From the NCBI RefSeq assembly GCF_009914755.1, contig NC_060943.1: 64,000 bases of DNA. One strand, given 5' to 3'. The DNA comes from the human T2T-CHM13v2.0 reference genome, Homo sapiens. Below are positions 1-15,995 of this stretch, piece after piece. Made by a program: the position numbers and the translations under genes. Position 1 is the first letter of the stretch; the number at the start of each line of letters is the position of its first letter. A model generated the notes under the pieces. That model did no database searches and was not told the origin of the DNA. It was given only the letters and a program-made list of their open reading frames with translations.

Positions 1-130
1 GTCCGTGAGCTCCATGAGGCAGGGGTTGTGTTTTCTTCAGCCGTCTTTCCATCATGCTTCCCTGCACGGGGCATAGAGCACAGCAGATGTCAGGGAATGT
101 GGTCAACTTATACAGAATGAAATGAAATGC
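1..130 (+). mobile_element. L2 LINE 3' end relic
   Basis: gtgagctccatgaggcagggg...agcacagcag...gaatgaaatgaa resembles the L2 3' terminus. Confidence 0.55.
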
Positions 131-1749
131 CTTCTCTCAGCACAAAAGGCACTTTGCCCAGCAGCCAACTGGGATTTAGTCCTTCCCACCGCTCTTCCTG
201 TAAGAACCTAAATTTACAGCACAGGGCCTGCCACCGTAGACTTTTGGTGGGGGTTATTGTGAGCTGGGCAGGTTACCAGGTGCATGAGGGAGCGTGGGGG
301 TTTGAGATGGGGTGCAGGCATGGTGGTGTGGCTCGGGGATGAAACCTCATGGTGATGTGTTCTGTTTGCTGTCAGCATCCTCGGGACCCCCTCTCAGGGA
401 CAGTGGTGACCTTGGCTCCATGTCCAACTTCTCCCTGGATGATTATTCTCCTTCACGAGCCTAAGAGGCGGCTCTAGGAGTAGCTGTTTTCTCTCTTGCC
501 TCCCTCCTGTTGAAGTTCACCAACAGAGTAGCTGCCTCATTCACTTGTGCCTGTTGGAAGCCAGGGGTACAACCTTCAACTGCGGTCACTGCCTCTTAGG
601 TCTGCGGAGTGTTTAAGGCCTAAGCCCTGTGGCCAGCACCTGCAAAGTGATCACATCGCTGCTTACGGGTTTAGCTGACCAAGTTCTATGGACACGATGA
701 AGGATTAGGGGTGCAGGCCTGGGGCGATGGGGGTGGAAGTGAGTCTGACTGAGTTTACCACAAGGCAGGGATTTCAGAAAGGCACCCACACATTCTGCAG
801 CCAGCTGGGGGTGTCGACCAGAGCCTGGGGACCAGACGGCGCTGGGCCCTCGAGGGGTAAAGGTCAATCAGCTTTTCCTGACCTCTGCATGCACATAACA
901 TAGGAATCTCCCTTTCCTGAAATTCCAACACATCTTCTCCCAGCCATTTCATAAGGTCAGAAAGAACAAATTTCAAGAATAAGAAGGTAGTGGGTTAGGG
1001 GAGTCATGAATTGGATGAAAATCATGGGATCATGATTTTCCTGGAAATCACCAAGACCCCAAGTGGCAGCTCCGCCAGCTTCTGCTTGGAAATGTGTGCA
1101 GCCAGGTGCATTGGGGTCAATGGTCCTTTTTTGGTTAGTGGTTGATGACACGCTGTCATCTCCAGGAAGTAGGTCCCATGGGAAGAATGGCACATGGGTC
1201 CAGGAGACTATTCAGGGGAGAGAGAGCCTGAGCACAGGAGAAAGGGCAGAACATGAGTGCCCAGGAGGGAGAGGGCAAAGCGGGGTCCATCAGGGTGGGG
1301 CTCCTCCTCCTGCCCGAGTTCCTTACCAGGAAGCACAAGGTTCTGTGGAGGCCTAGAGGGCCCCTTTGATGGCTGTGGCTCTTCGGGGAATTTGGATGGA
1401 AAGTGGCTGGAACCCCCAAGGGATGCAGCACTCTGGAGAACAGGGACTGCCTGATGAGAACTGGGGCCGTCGGGGTTGATGAGAGAGCAGTGATGTCAGC
1501 CCAGGCAACAGAGTGGTCATTGGAACCATATTGTTTCCACGCTTAGAATCCCCCAGTGACTTCCCATTCATGAAGTACGGAGTTAAATCTGTGGCGGACA
1601 AGGCCCCATCACCTCCCACTCTCCCTGGTCTCACTCTGCTGAGGCCCTGCCACCTTGCCTCTATTCTCATTCCCTGAAGCCAGCCCTGTAGTGGCCTCAG
1701 CATTGCCTGCTGCTCTCTCAGGCCTGCTCTCCCCGCAGACCATCCTGTT

Positions 1750-2060
1750 ACTGGCTTCATCTCACCTTCACCTCAACGCCACTTCCTCTGGGAGGCCTTT
1801 CCAGGGACCTTAGTAGGAACTATCCCTCCCCAGTCACCCCCTGAAGATGTTTCTCTGTAGGATTTGCATCTCTGAGGTGTTTGGAGGGCACCTTGTTCAC
1901 TCTTCCTGGTTTTCTTCTTCACTCATTCATTCATTTTCTTTCTTGTGTATTTGTTGACTTGCCCCTGGTGTGAGCGCCAGGAGAGCAGGGTTGGTCCCTT
2001 ATCACATCGCCAGCACCCACGGCAGTGCCTGGCACATAATACAGACTCAGTAAACACTTT
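1750..2060 (+). mobile_element. L2 LINE 3' fragment
   Basis: cacttcctctgggaggccttt...cagtgcctggcacataatacagactcagtaaa, L2 3' motif. Confidence 0.55.
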
Positions 2061-2090
2061 TTTAAAATGTGTGGTAAAATACACGTAACA

Positions 2091-2713
<623 letters not shown>

Positions 2714-2741
2714 TACATATAACATAGAATTTACCATTTTA

Positions 2742-3044
2742 GGCTGGACACCATGGCTCACGTCTGTAATCCCAGCACTCTGGGAGACTGAAGCAGGAGG
2801 ATCACTTGATCCCAGGAGTTCAAGACCAGCTGGGGCAACAAAGCGAAACTCCATTGCTGCAAAAAAAAAAAAACCCAAACCAAACCAAAACAAAAATCAG
2901 CTGGGTGTGATGGTGCATGCCTGTAGTTGTAGCTACTCAGGAGGCTGAGGTAGGAGGATTGCTTGAGCCCAGGAGGTTGAGGCTGCAGTGAGCTGAGATA
3001 TACCATTGCACTCCAGCTTTGGTGACAGAGTGAAACCCTGTTAG

Positions 3045-3085
<41 letters not shown>

Positions 3086-3093
3086 AAGAAAAG
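2742..3093 (+). mobile_element. AluJ with (GAAA)n/(GA)n tail
   Basis: Full dimer; TSD agaatttaccatttta (2726-2741) / agaacttaccatttta (3094-3109). Confidence 0.9.
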
Positions 3094-3165
3094 AGAACTT
3101 ACCATTTTAACTGTTTTTTTTTTGTTTTTTGTTTTGAGATGGAGTTTTGCTCTGTTGTCCAGTCT

Positions 3166-3310
3166 AAGAAAGAAAAAGAAGGAAAGGAAGGTAGGAAGGA
3201 AGGAAGGAAGGAGGGAGGGAGGGAAGGAAGAAAGGAGGGAAGGAAGGAAGGAAGGAAGGAAGGAAGGAAGGAAGGAAGGAAGGAAGGAAGGAAGGAAGGA
3301 AGGGAAGGAA
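3166..3310 (+). repeat. GGAA microsatellite, perfect (GGAA)16 at 3238-3301
   Basis: Read directly from the sequence. Confidence 0.97.
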
Positions 3311-3327
3311 ACTTACCATTTTAACCA

Positions 3328-4020
<693 letters not shown>

Positions 4021-5621
4021 CTTTTGGCTGTTTCAGTACACACTTGAATAAATGAATGACGACAAGGAGGGTGGATCTCTGCCTCCCTTCCCCTGCACAA
4101 GACAGGAGTGGCAGCTTTGAACCCATGAAGGCCATTCATTCATGGATTGTATCCTATGCTACTGGCTCTCCAGAGGCCAGCGGGACCTCTTTCTGCAGTA
4201 ATGTGCTGTGCTATGGGGTCTGGACCTTGGCCAAGATACTGAGCATTTCTGAGGGAGGGTTTTGGCGTCAGGAATGGGCCTCTGCTCAGACCTTAAGCCA
4301 CTGGGTAGCTACTGTGTACCCTGAGGGGGTCACAGCCCTTTCCACAGCACCTGGAGCAGAGGCACCCTGGTATAGCTCCCTCTCCTAACCCTGCAAGGCA
4401 AGCTGTGCCACAGCCCTGGCCGCACAGCGGCCTGTGTGAGCCCAGTGCTCTGCCATCCGGGAAGGAGGTGAGGGAAGGGGAGGGTGTGACCCCACAGTGC
4501 CTGGAGCTCATGCTGGGAGTGAGTGAGCACAAACAGGCACCAGCGCCCCGTGAAAAATGTGTCACCGCCCACGACAAGATACGCTGCGTGGTTTCTGTAG
4601 GAAACTGAAATTCCAGAAAACAACCCCTGTGGTCCAGTGTGTTTTACTGGAAGTTCAGACCTCCCCTTCAAGCTTGCCTTGTGCCTTTTAGAAACAGAAT
4701 CTCTGTCTCACTCCCCAACCCAGCCTAGGTTAATGCTGAGACCAGGGCAAAGAGGAGGACTTGGCGATAAGGCTTGGGGCTGGGAAGATGCTGTGATTCA
4801 CTTTGATGTCTTGGAGGGGCAGGTTGTGAGGATGGAATGAGGAAGGGGAAGACCCCAGCTCGAACGCCAAGCTTCGGTGGGCCTGGTGGGCTGGCCAAGT
4901 GTCATAGCTGCTGCCTGCATGGGGTCCTGTGTGCCACGCCAGGCACAGGGCAGGTGCTGGCCAAGTGGATCTCCCCCGCCACTCTGGCAGTTCATAAACT
5001 GGGACCTGGGGCGAGGGGTCTGCATTGAGCTGGGAACACAAACCTCAAGGCCCGACTTGTCCAGATGTCACTTGGTGGTATGGACTCTGCAGGGGTTCGT
5101 GAGGGCTGTGGGGTTCTTGATGGTGGTTGGGAGAGCTGGGAAGGCACGGAGCAGCATGGAGGGATGGAGATATGGTCTTGGGGGAAGCTGGTATGCTGGA
5201 CAGAAGCAGCAAATGTCGTGAGTGCAGAGTAGAGCAGCGCTTGGGAGGGCCTGGGCACCGATGCCCATCGACACCTAGGCAGAGATGGTGTGGACCCTGA
5301 GATCAACAGGGAGAAGAGGCATGGGGAGCTTTGGCTTTGGGGGTGCAGGTGCAGAGAGGGATTCCAGGCAGGAGTGTGCTCATCCCATTCCCACCTGAGA
5401 ATGTCCAGAGGCGATGAGGATTGTCACACCCACCCCATAAAGGGGGGCCCCTCCAGGCCTCCTGGGGCTTTCTCCCTTCCCTGGCACCTGGAAGACCCAG
5501 ATACCCATGACCCAGGGCCCTGGGGGACTGCTGCAGACCCACTCCCTGCAGCAGGATGTCCCCTGCAACATGGTGCTGTTGACCAAGCCAAGTCTCCAAA
5601 CATAGACATAAAAGAAAGGAA

Positions 5622-5910
5622 TGACCGGGCACGGTAGCTCACGCCTGTAATCCCAGCACTTTGGGAGGCCGAGGCAGGTGGATCACGAGGTCAGGAGGTC
5701 GAGACCATCCTGGCTAACATGGTGAAACCCCATCTCTACTAAAAGCACAAAAAATTAGCCGGGCGTGGTGGTGGGCCTGTAGTCCCAGTTACTCAGGAGG
5801 CTGAGGCAGGAGGATGGCATGAACCCAGAAGGCGGAGCTTGCAGTGAGCCGAGATCGTGCCACTGCACTCCAGCCTGGGCAACAGAGTGAGACTCCATCT
5901 CAAAAAAAAA
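5622..5910 (+). mobile_element. AluY
   Basis: gatcacgaggtcagg, accatcctggctaac, ggcggagcttgcagtg. Confidence 0.92.
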
Positions 5911-7098
5911 GAGAGGAAGAGGAACATGGCAGGAGTCCCCAGCCTGCTGCAGGCTTTATCACACCTCTGCTTGCCCATTAGTTACCAGGAAAAATCTTCC
6001 TCCTCAAAGGGAGAGCATTACAAGCCAATACACCTGGATCCCTATTCTATTTCTGGGGTGCCCAACAACCCTTGGCTGATAGAGGCACATTCCCCAAAGG
6101 GTATTTGGTAGTTCTCAATTAATGGAATGAAGCCATGCACAGGTGTACCCATTCCACACCTGGGTATTCCACACCTGGGCACCCTGCTCCTCTGGGGACG
6201 CTCAGCCTGGCTTACAGCTCCCACCGCCCACCTGCCTATGTCCATCATGGGTGTGATAGGAGAGGGCACCTCAGAGCCAGCCAGGGATGCCAGAGGTGGA
6301 TGGTGCCTGTCCTGGAATCTCGGTGCAGGTTGTAGAGGGGATAGAGTGAAGTCAGCTTCACCCAGACTGTCCCCAGCCCACCCCCACATCTTCCCCACAT
6401 GCTATTCACTGCTAGAAACATAATATTTAGCTGACGGCAAGGAAGCCAGAGAAATCAGCAGCAACAGTGGTCTCCAGGGGGAGAGATGTAACCAAAAAAC
6501 AAAGTGTACGAGTTAGAGTCAATTCCAGAGCCTGTGGCTGCTTCAAGCTGCCGTGGACAGCCTCCTCCCAGGTGAGTCCTGAGGGAGGGGTTTGGGGAGG
6601 AGGCTGTGCGATTCCAGGGGGAGCAGGAGGCTTTCTGTCTGCCATCTTCCCTATGATTTTTGGCTTGTTGGTACTAGTTTCTTTAGCTACACCCTTTTTT
6701 GAGGAAGGGAGGCTTAGAATAAATTTCTAATTTTTGAATAGTGTTAGATTTGCAGAAAAGTTGCAAGAAGAGTCCAAATCTTCTTATACTCCATGCCCAG
6801 CTTCCCCTGTTGTTAATATCACTGTGGTACTAATATCACAACACATGAAGCAATGTTGATGTTATCATTAACCAAAGCTTATACTTTACTCAGATTTCCT
6901 TAGTTTTTACCTAATGTCCTTTGGTCTAGGATCTCATCCATAATACCACATTACATTTAGTTTTTTTTTTTTTTTAATTAATAAACTTTGTTTTTTAAGA
7001 GAAGTTTCAGATTTACAGAAACATTGAGTGGAAAGTACAAGGGGTGGCCATATGCCTCCGACCCCACACCTCCCCCACTAATGGACAACCTGTGATAG

Positions 7099-7610
<512 letters not shown>

Positions 7611-7825
7611 TAGACCGTTTATCAGATGTTCTTCTCATGGTTAGACTGGAGTTATGGGAGGAAGTTTGTGAGGAAGGCCAGGGAGATAAAGGACCATTCT
7701 CATCACATCGTGTCCTATTAATCTGGCTTATCACTGATAATGTTGATCTTGGTCACCTGGCTGAGGTAGTGTCTGTCAGGTTTCTACGCAGGAAAGCCAC
7801 AGCTGTTTTAAAGATAATTAACAGG

Positions 7826-7998
7826 CAGGACAAGCTAAATAATTTATAGAGCTCAGTGCAAAATGCAAATGTGGGGCCCACTGTTCAGTCACAAAGAATT
7901 TCAAGGCAGAAATAGAACATTAAACCAAATTCAGGGTGCTTTTAGGCAGGGGCTCCTGGGTGACGTGCACAGGTCGCAGTCCCATGAGACTGGTCTTG
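7826..7998 (-). mobile_element. MER45A (hAT-Tip100 DNA transposon MITE)
   Basis: caggacaagctaaataattt...cagtgcaaaatgcaaatgtggggccc...tgcacaggtcgcagtcccatgagactggtcttg matches the recalled MER45A reverse complement. Confidence 0.75.
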
Positions 7999-8629
7999 TT
8001 TGCAGGGCAATTGTCAGATCACCCAGATGCCCCTAGAGCTCTTTCTGCATGGAGAGAGAAGGCCTGTGCCAGCTGTCCTTGATCCCTGGACAGTTGGAAG
8101 GGGCAGATGGCTGAGGAGGATCCTAGGTACCCATAGCCATGTGGGCAAAACAGTATCACGGGCAGAGGATGTCATGAACATCACAGGTGTCTGCAGAGGC
8201 CCTGCTGAGGCACCTGCCTGGTAACATGAAAAACTTGACCGGAGGTCTGCCTGGATAGAGAGAGAATGGTTGGGTGTGTGCAGGAGCCAGTGGTTAGTAA
8301 CAAACAGCAGCAACTCTGTAATTTTTTTTTAAATGCTACTTTTATTTTTAAGTTTTTTTAAAATTATTTTCTTCTTTTTCTCAGTGCTCAAAGCAGCATT
8401 TTTTTTTTCTGGAACACCTTAGAATAGCTTATTTACCAAATGCTACATGAGCCTTTATGCTGGGCAAACCGAGGAGCTCCATTAGAGGGGGACACCTGGC
8501 CTTGACCGCCCCCATCCCTACAGCTTTCTTGTTAGGAGAGGAGGGCATCGCGCTACCTGGTCTCAGGTGCATACCTGCGGAAGCAGAGTCCTCACGATAG
8601 CAGGGAGAAGAGTGTAGGGAGAAGAGTGT

Positions 8630-9090
8630 ACAGCTGCCAACCGGCTTCTCCTTGCTATTATTCACCCAGCTGTTTAGAGAAGGAGAGAGTATTTCTAATC
8701 AGCCATATGGCATGGAGTTTTATTTGCCTTGGTAAGTTAAAATGTACATTATTGGTCAGCATCTTGCATGCAAATTTTGACATTGCATTCCAGGAGTACC
8801 TGCGGAAGAGAGTGGCGGCAGGTCGGATCTGTGTAATTACATTGCTTTGTAGGCTTGTAACATTGCCATCACTAACGATGCCCGGTATCTCACTGCGACG
8901 GCTGCCTGGGGATATTGCCGTGAGACTCCCGTAGCCAGAGAAAGATTATGTAAACATGTGTGATCTCAAAAGTGAGTAATGAAGTTGAGTACTTGTTGCA
9001 AAAATTAATAAATGGCTGGTTTACACGTGATGGAGGAGTCCCTTGTGTGAAAACTGAGTCACCCAGTGTAGTGATGGATAAACGCACTTC
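8630..9090. promoter_or_regulatory. Candidate conserved enhancer
   Basis: Repeat-free; octamer ATGCAAAT 8768, FOX GTAAACA 8950, E-box CACGTG 9024, TAATTA. Confidence 0.4.
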
Positions 9091-9316
9091 GAGGCACAGG
9101 TGACTTAAAGAAATTCATCCTTTTCTCTACTGATGTGATCAAATGGACAATTGCAGTCCACACCTTTCACTCCCTACTTGACTAATATGAAATCATCACG
9201 AATATATCTTTCTCCTGCTCTTGGCCTGTCAGAATCTTAACTCTTGCTTCAAAGGATGGCATGTCAGCTCTATGGGGTTACCTGCAGTTTCTGGAATGGT
9301 CTATGTTGTCCAATGC

Positions 9317-10085
<769 letters not shown>

Positions 10086-10339
10086 CCATCCTCACACATG
10101 CCTCCAGGCCTTTACACATGCAATTTGTTCACTCATATCCTTGGAGCCGCTACAATGTATCCTGAAGTTATTACTCACCTACTAAATGTCCTTTGAGTCA
10201 CAGCTCAAGTGCCACCTGCTCAGAGGAGACGTCCCGCCCATCCTGTCTGGAAAATTAACCCCCTGCCCTTCTGGCCCATCCTTCCTTGATGATGCTTACC
10301 TTTCTGTTTTAGCTGTCTCTCCTCCAGGGATGAATGTTC

Positions 10340-10530
10340 GTGAAATCAAACTGACCAGGGTCCAGATCTCAGTTCCACCAGGCACCAGCTTGTGTGGCCT
10401 TCAGCAAGATACTTTCTGAACCTCAAATGTGCTGTCTGTACAATGGGAAAACACTAGTTTCTAGTTTGTAAAGCTGTTAGGATGAGATGATGTGCCTGGC
10501 CCATAGTAGCTGCTCAGTGAATATTTGTTC
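10340..10530 (+). mobile_element. MIR
   Basis: agcttgtgtggccttcagcaag...ctgtacaatggg...gtgcctggcccatagtagctgctcagtgaat. Confidence 0.6.
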
Positions 10531-10799
10531 CGACATGGATGAAGGAAGTGAGACTTTTGTGATGTCTGACTATTTTTAGACTGGAGAGGAAGAGGGAGGC
10601 ATATGGGAAAGAAGGCATGGCAGAGACAAAGGTGAAGCACATTGGTGAGCTAGGTGTGTTTAGTGGATGTTGACGCCATGTGGTTGGGAATGTGCTGGGA
10701 ACCCTGGAAAAGGAGACTAGGGCCAGACTGTGGAAGGCCTTGGACGCCAGGCAAGGATGACATCCTGCAAGCTGGGACCAGCTAGAGGCTCATAAACCC

Positions 10800-10803
10800 T
10801 CTT

Positions 10804-10837
<34 letters not shown>
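10800..10837 (+). repeat. (TC)n(TG)n compound microsatellite
   Basis: Read directly from the sequence. Confidence 0.9.
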
Positions 10838-11357
10838 AAATGATTAGGGGGTTTATAGCATGGCTACCCTGTGAGCACTGTGTAGGGCTCCATATTGTTA
10901 TCTGGGTCTTGTTCCTCACGTTTTCCACTCCCTCAGACACCCGCCCTTTTCCCCACCTCCTCCAGCAGACATTTGTGGACCTCCTGGGTCCCAGACAGCA
11001 GTGTGGCCGGGTCCTGTGTGAACTCCCCCAACCCCTCCCCATCACTCTGTCGGGGTGAAAGCACTGATGTGTTGTCAAGGGAGGATATTACACGAAGCCC
11101 CTGAAGTGGTACATTAAAGCAGTTTGGATTTTCTCTTACTGCTAACATTGATTACTATTAATTAAGGTTGATATTTACAATCAGAGGGAGTACAGGAGCA
11201 GATCATTTTTTATTAATCACTATTCTGGATTCATCATCAGTCATCATTATCAAAATATTCAGACAGTGGACAGTGGCTGAGTTTTAAAACTCAAGTAAAT
11301 GATAAAATTAAACTACATTAGAGAGTATATGTTCTCTGTGACCTCTGTCTTTCCTAG

Positions 11358-11767
<410 letters not shown>

Positions 11768-11813
11768 GACTCAGATTTCTCTTAGCCCTGTTCCTGTCCG
11801 TGTAACATAGCCA

Positions 11814-11946
11814 CTGGTCATGGTGGCTCACGTCTATAATCCCAGCACTTTGAAAAGCTGAGAGGGAGGATTCTTTGAGACCAGGAGTTCAAGAACAAGC
11901 CTGGACAACATAGTAAGACCCTATCTCTAGCAAAAAAATTAAAAAA
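11814..11946 (+). mobile_element. FLAM / Alu left monomer
   Basis: ggtggctcacgtctataatcccagc...agaccctatctctagcaaaaaaa. Confidence 0.85.
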
Positions 11947-12769
11947 TATAAGAAGAAGTATAACAGGCCATAAAATAGATATGGCCTGGTATTTTGTATG
12001 TATTTTTAGCCATTCCCCAATTGGCGGGCATTTAAGTTATTCCCTCCCCTTTCTTCCCACTGCTGCCATAGTCAGTGCCACAGTAGGCATCTTGTCTGTG
12101 TCTTGGAGCAGGCAGGAAAGCAGTCTCTGGGGTAGGCATGAAGAAACGGGGGTACAGCCACAGCCCACTGGGCTCCCCAGCCCCTTCTCCATGTCCTTCC
12201 TGGACTCTAGCCAAACCCAACCCCACACGAGCCCCAGACATGGCCCCGTGTACTGGCTCTGCTGTGCTTTAGGACCAGCCGCTCCTGGAATGCTTGATGA
12301 GGGGTCCCCCTTTCTCCCCTGTCTCCCCATGTTCAGTTCCTGCCCACATCTAAAGGTATGGGGAGGTGCCTGCTCCTCCAGGGACTTAAGGTTACCTGCT
12401 TTCTCCTATGAAGCTCACCCAGGAACTTGTCACTGTAGAGTGAAATGCATTGGTAGCTTTGTTCTGATGATTTTTGAGCCCCATGAAGACGGCAACGGAG
12501 TCGAACTCATTTGTCTCTCCCCGGGTCATTACACATGACTACCAAGGGCTCGTCTTCTGAAGAACAAATGCGGCTGTTGGTTTTCCCACGTGTTAGTAAG
12601 AGAGTGAGTGGTTCTTGACATTCTTCAGCCTTTTCCTCCCTGGGGTTAGGGCTGGGGACTGGGGCTTCTCCCACCTTCTTCCCTCTGTGGCCCCAGTCAT
12701 CATCCACTCCCCAGCGCACCTGGGACCCCTGAATTCGCTCTTACTGAGCTACATGAAGACTTTTGGCCA

Positions 12770-13110
12770 GCCGTGGTGTTAATCCGTGGACTCTGGCCAT
12801 TAGCATCCTGGCATTTGGAATGAGAAAAGTGAAATTTAGGGGATCCTGGTCTTCCTTTTAGGAGTCTTTTTTTAAGTAGGTAAACAATTGTAGGTAATTT
12901 AATTTGTCTGTTAATGGCGCACATGGATTTACTAAGAGGGAAATGTCACTGGGTTGTGGACACACACTGCATATAATTCGATGAGAATCGGCCTCTGATG
13001 GGCAGCAATAAATGTCAAACTGTTCAACATTGATTGTTCGTGAAGGAATATTGCTTAACAATGAATAAAATACCTTTCTGAGTTTCCTCTATTGGCCTGA
13101 CTTTAAAAGG
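12770..13110. promoter_or_regulatory. Candidate conserved enhancer
   Basis: Repeat-free AT-rich block; overlapping FOX/SOX GTAAACAAT at 12880, several TAAT cores, ATTGTT. Confidence 0.4.
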
Positions 13111-13379
13111 AAATAGGGAGATGGACTCCCTCTGTGGCTCACGGCCGCTTAGGCTTGGAGGCAGGGAAGCTGCTGGGAAATAGACTGCTGGGCTTCTGTT
13201 CTCAAACAGGTCCATTTTAGTGGCTCCTCAAGCCCGCCTCCCAGAGCAGAGGGATGAATGCTTAGAGGCCCTAGTGGCTCCCCATGTGATTTGCGAACTT
13301 CTCCGGTCTCACTGGGCCTGCCTGCCTCTTGGACTCCAGGGCCTGTGGCTCTGTGGCACCCACTACTCTCCTGCTCTTT

Positions 13380-13915
13380 CTGTCACTCCTCAGAATGCTC
13401 CAGTGTGGTCCTGCCTTGGGGCCTTTGCACTTCCTATACTTGCTGGGTTTTTTTTTTTAATAGAGATGGGGTCTTGCTATGTTGTCCAGGCTGTACTGAA
13501 ACTCCTGGCCTCAAATGATCCTTCTGCCTTGGCCTCCCAAACTACTGGGATTACAGGCATGAGCCATGGTAACTAGCCTATATTTTCTTTGTTAAGGTCC
13601 ACTTGTCTTTACTTTTCCCTGACCACCCATCCAATGTCAAAGCTCATCTTGGTTGTGCCCTTATTCTGTCTGTCCCGAATCATGACATCACCCTTATGTA
13701 TTTAACTATTTGGTATTCTTTTATTTCCATTGTACTGACACGTTCTCCATCTCCCCACTAGAATGCAGGTTCTATGAGGGCAGGAATGGTGTCTGTTTTG
13801 TCCAGTTAGGTAGCCCAGGGCCTAGAGTAGCTCATGATACAGGAATGATATACATTCTTCATGATATTCATACACAGCAGTAAGTACTGATGGACCCAGT
13901 GTGTTGAATGAATTT
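13380..13915 (+). mobile_element. L2 3' fragment containing an antisense FLAM (13448-13578)
   Basis: gggcctttgcactt...ccccactagaatgcaggttctatgagggcagg...tgttgaatgaat. Confidence 0.65.
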
Positions 13916-14954
13916 CTGCGGAGTCGTATGACATGCATGCATTTTATGAAACAGCAACCTCCCAAGACATGAAAAAAATATGCTTGAGGTTTCTTTCAAA
14001 TGAATCTCCCTTTAAGCAGAAATTTCTGCTTTGTGGCGTGAAGAAAGCAGAGTATTCCAGCAGTGGTTGGTTCCTTCTACTTTTTAGACAACCCAGTAAT
14101 TTGTTTGGAGTGTTGTTGGGTCAGGGGGTTCTCACTGACAGGGGCTGTGTCTGTCCCCTCTGGAAACTGAAATCTCCTCCACTGTGCTTTGCTGAAGACA
14201 GCAGTGGCTGGGCACAATGATGGCAAACTCTTGAGCTTATCAGAAGAATAAAAGGACTTAAGTGAAGTGGAGATTTCTTGGTAGTTATCACCTTCTAGAA
14301 TAAAAAGAAAACCTGATTCTTTCCTTCATCTCAGGGGATCCTCTATTGTTATAAGTGACCTCGGTGAGGGAAGAGAGTTTTCTTACTCTACAGAAATAAA
14401 AATCTGTCTGCTTTCTCTAGCACTGAAGAAAAATAGTCCTTTTTTCCTTTTTCTTTTTAGAAAAGCACCTTGCAGCTTCTGATGATTGAGGACGGGGTGG
14501 GATCCTCCATTGCCCAACCCCTTAGCTCCACCACTCTGCAGACCTCGGCGTCCTTGAAGGAGCTCGGGAACAGAGATCAGCATGTGTGGGTCAGGCTGCT
14601 GATGGCTCACATTTAAGAAAGATGGTTCATGGATAATCCTTGGTGTTTTTTTTTTTTTTTTTCCAGGATAAAGTTTTATGTTTGACCCTGAGAACCAGAT
14701 ATTAAGAAATATATGCTATGAAGTCATTTTGGCTGATTTAATCTAAACTTCCTGTATGCTCTTAGGCAGAGGTTTCAAGGTTGGGAGGGTCTTACGATCT
14801 AACTCTGCCCCACGCGGGGTTGAGGAATGCTGTGGGGCTCCGCCAGCTTCTATTTGTATAAGTCCGGGGTAGGGGGCTTCCTGCTGTCTCTTGAGGGGGC
14901 CCATTCAGAGCCTGAGGAGCTCTGATCTTAGAAAGCCTTTCAGATGGGGGGATC

Positions 14955-15166
14955 CTAGTGAAGCTCATGGGTTTTGGGCTCAGTCAGGCATGGTCTGAGT
15001 CTCAGCTCTGTACACATAAACTGCTGGATCCCCAGCCAAGTCTGATCCCTTATGTGTATACCGGGGAATAATAGTACTTACCTTAGATGACTATTGTGAG
15101 AATTAAATGATGATTATCTTCCTTCTAAACAACAGCAGAGCACATAGCAGGCACTCAGTAAATGCT
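14955..15166 (+). mobile_element. MIR
   Basis: aataatagtacttaccttag...ttgtgagaattaaatga...gcacatagcaggcactcagtaaatg. Confidence 0.7.
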
Positions 15167-15562
15167 CTCTCTCTTTTTAATATTGCCCTGAAATGTGCAT
15201 GGTCCCAGGATTCCTTGGGGTCCTGTAAGTCGAACTGGATTCTCCCAAGGCCAAGGGACAAAATGTGGTATAGCTTCGAGTCTTGAGCCTTGTCTGCTTT
15301 TCTTATTCTGTGCCCATCTGAACCAATGCACTTAGTGCACAGGACCTGCTGGGTTGACCAACGATGCATCATCTGTGTAGGCTCAGAGGGGCTCCCTCTC
15401 CTTTTGGAAACTCATCCTTCCGAGGCCATTTTTGCCTGTCTGGGGACCACGGATTCTCTGGTTCCCACTGAGTTACTCATCACTGTCCAATCCCTCAAGT
15501 CCTTTCTCAGAGGCCTGGTGAAGCCCTGCCCTCTCCCCAGTCCTGCATTGCCACTCTGGGAT

Positions 15563-15995
15563 TGTGTATCCCATATCAGTTAGGACAACACTGACCGCTC
15601 TTATAAATACACCCTAACATCTCAGTATCAAGACACCACAGTTTACTTTTCTCTCTCTCATCCGGAGCTCAATCGGTGTTGGGCACAAGCAGCTTTTATT
15701 TAGGGACCAGGCCAGTGGAAGCCTCATCATTTTCAGTATACAGTTTCCTGGGTCACCCAGGACATTGAGATCCAGCTGTCAGGAAAAGAGAGCACCATGA
15801 GAATGGAGCAAGAGACTCTTCTAAGAAGTAGCAGCCTTCATTTTGTCCAAATTCCACCGGCTGAAAGTCAGTCACGTGGCCCCAGCTAAATCAGATAAGC
15901 CTGGAAAATATCTGCGGTTGGGAAACTGCTTCCAGCAACGACCCTAGGTCGTGGAAGGAGACAGGAATTGCTAGTTGGCTGCTGTTTCGACTACA
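15563..15995 (-). mobile_element. MLT1-type MaLR LTR relic
   Basis: tcagttagg...aacatctcagt...tttacttt...agtcacgtggccccagctaa...cctggaaaat. Confidence 0.55.

Noticed and set aside
6151-6180. 15-bp tandem duplication attccacacctggg(t/c)
   Set aside because: Ordinary slippage micro-duplication.
6528-6577. Possible micro-exon ending CAG|GTGAGT
   Set aside because: The acceptor is weak and there is no partner exon or coding signal; such donors occur by chance.
14014-14031. Perfect 18-bp palindrome aagcagaaatttctgctt
   Set aside because: Roughly 0.25 such palindromes are expected by chance in 64 kb, and there is no supporting context.
14435-14670. Strong splice-acceptor-like tracts (ending near 14460 and 14666)
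   Set aside because: No convincing downstream donor or reading frame; this cannot be supported without transcript data.
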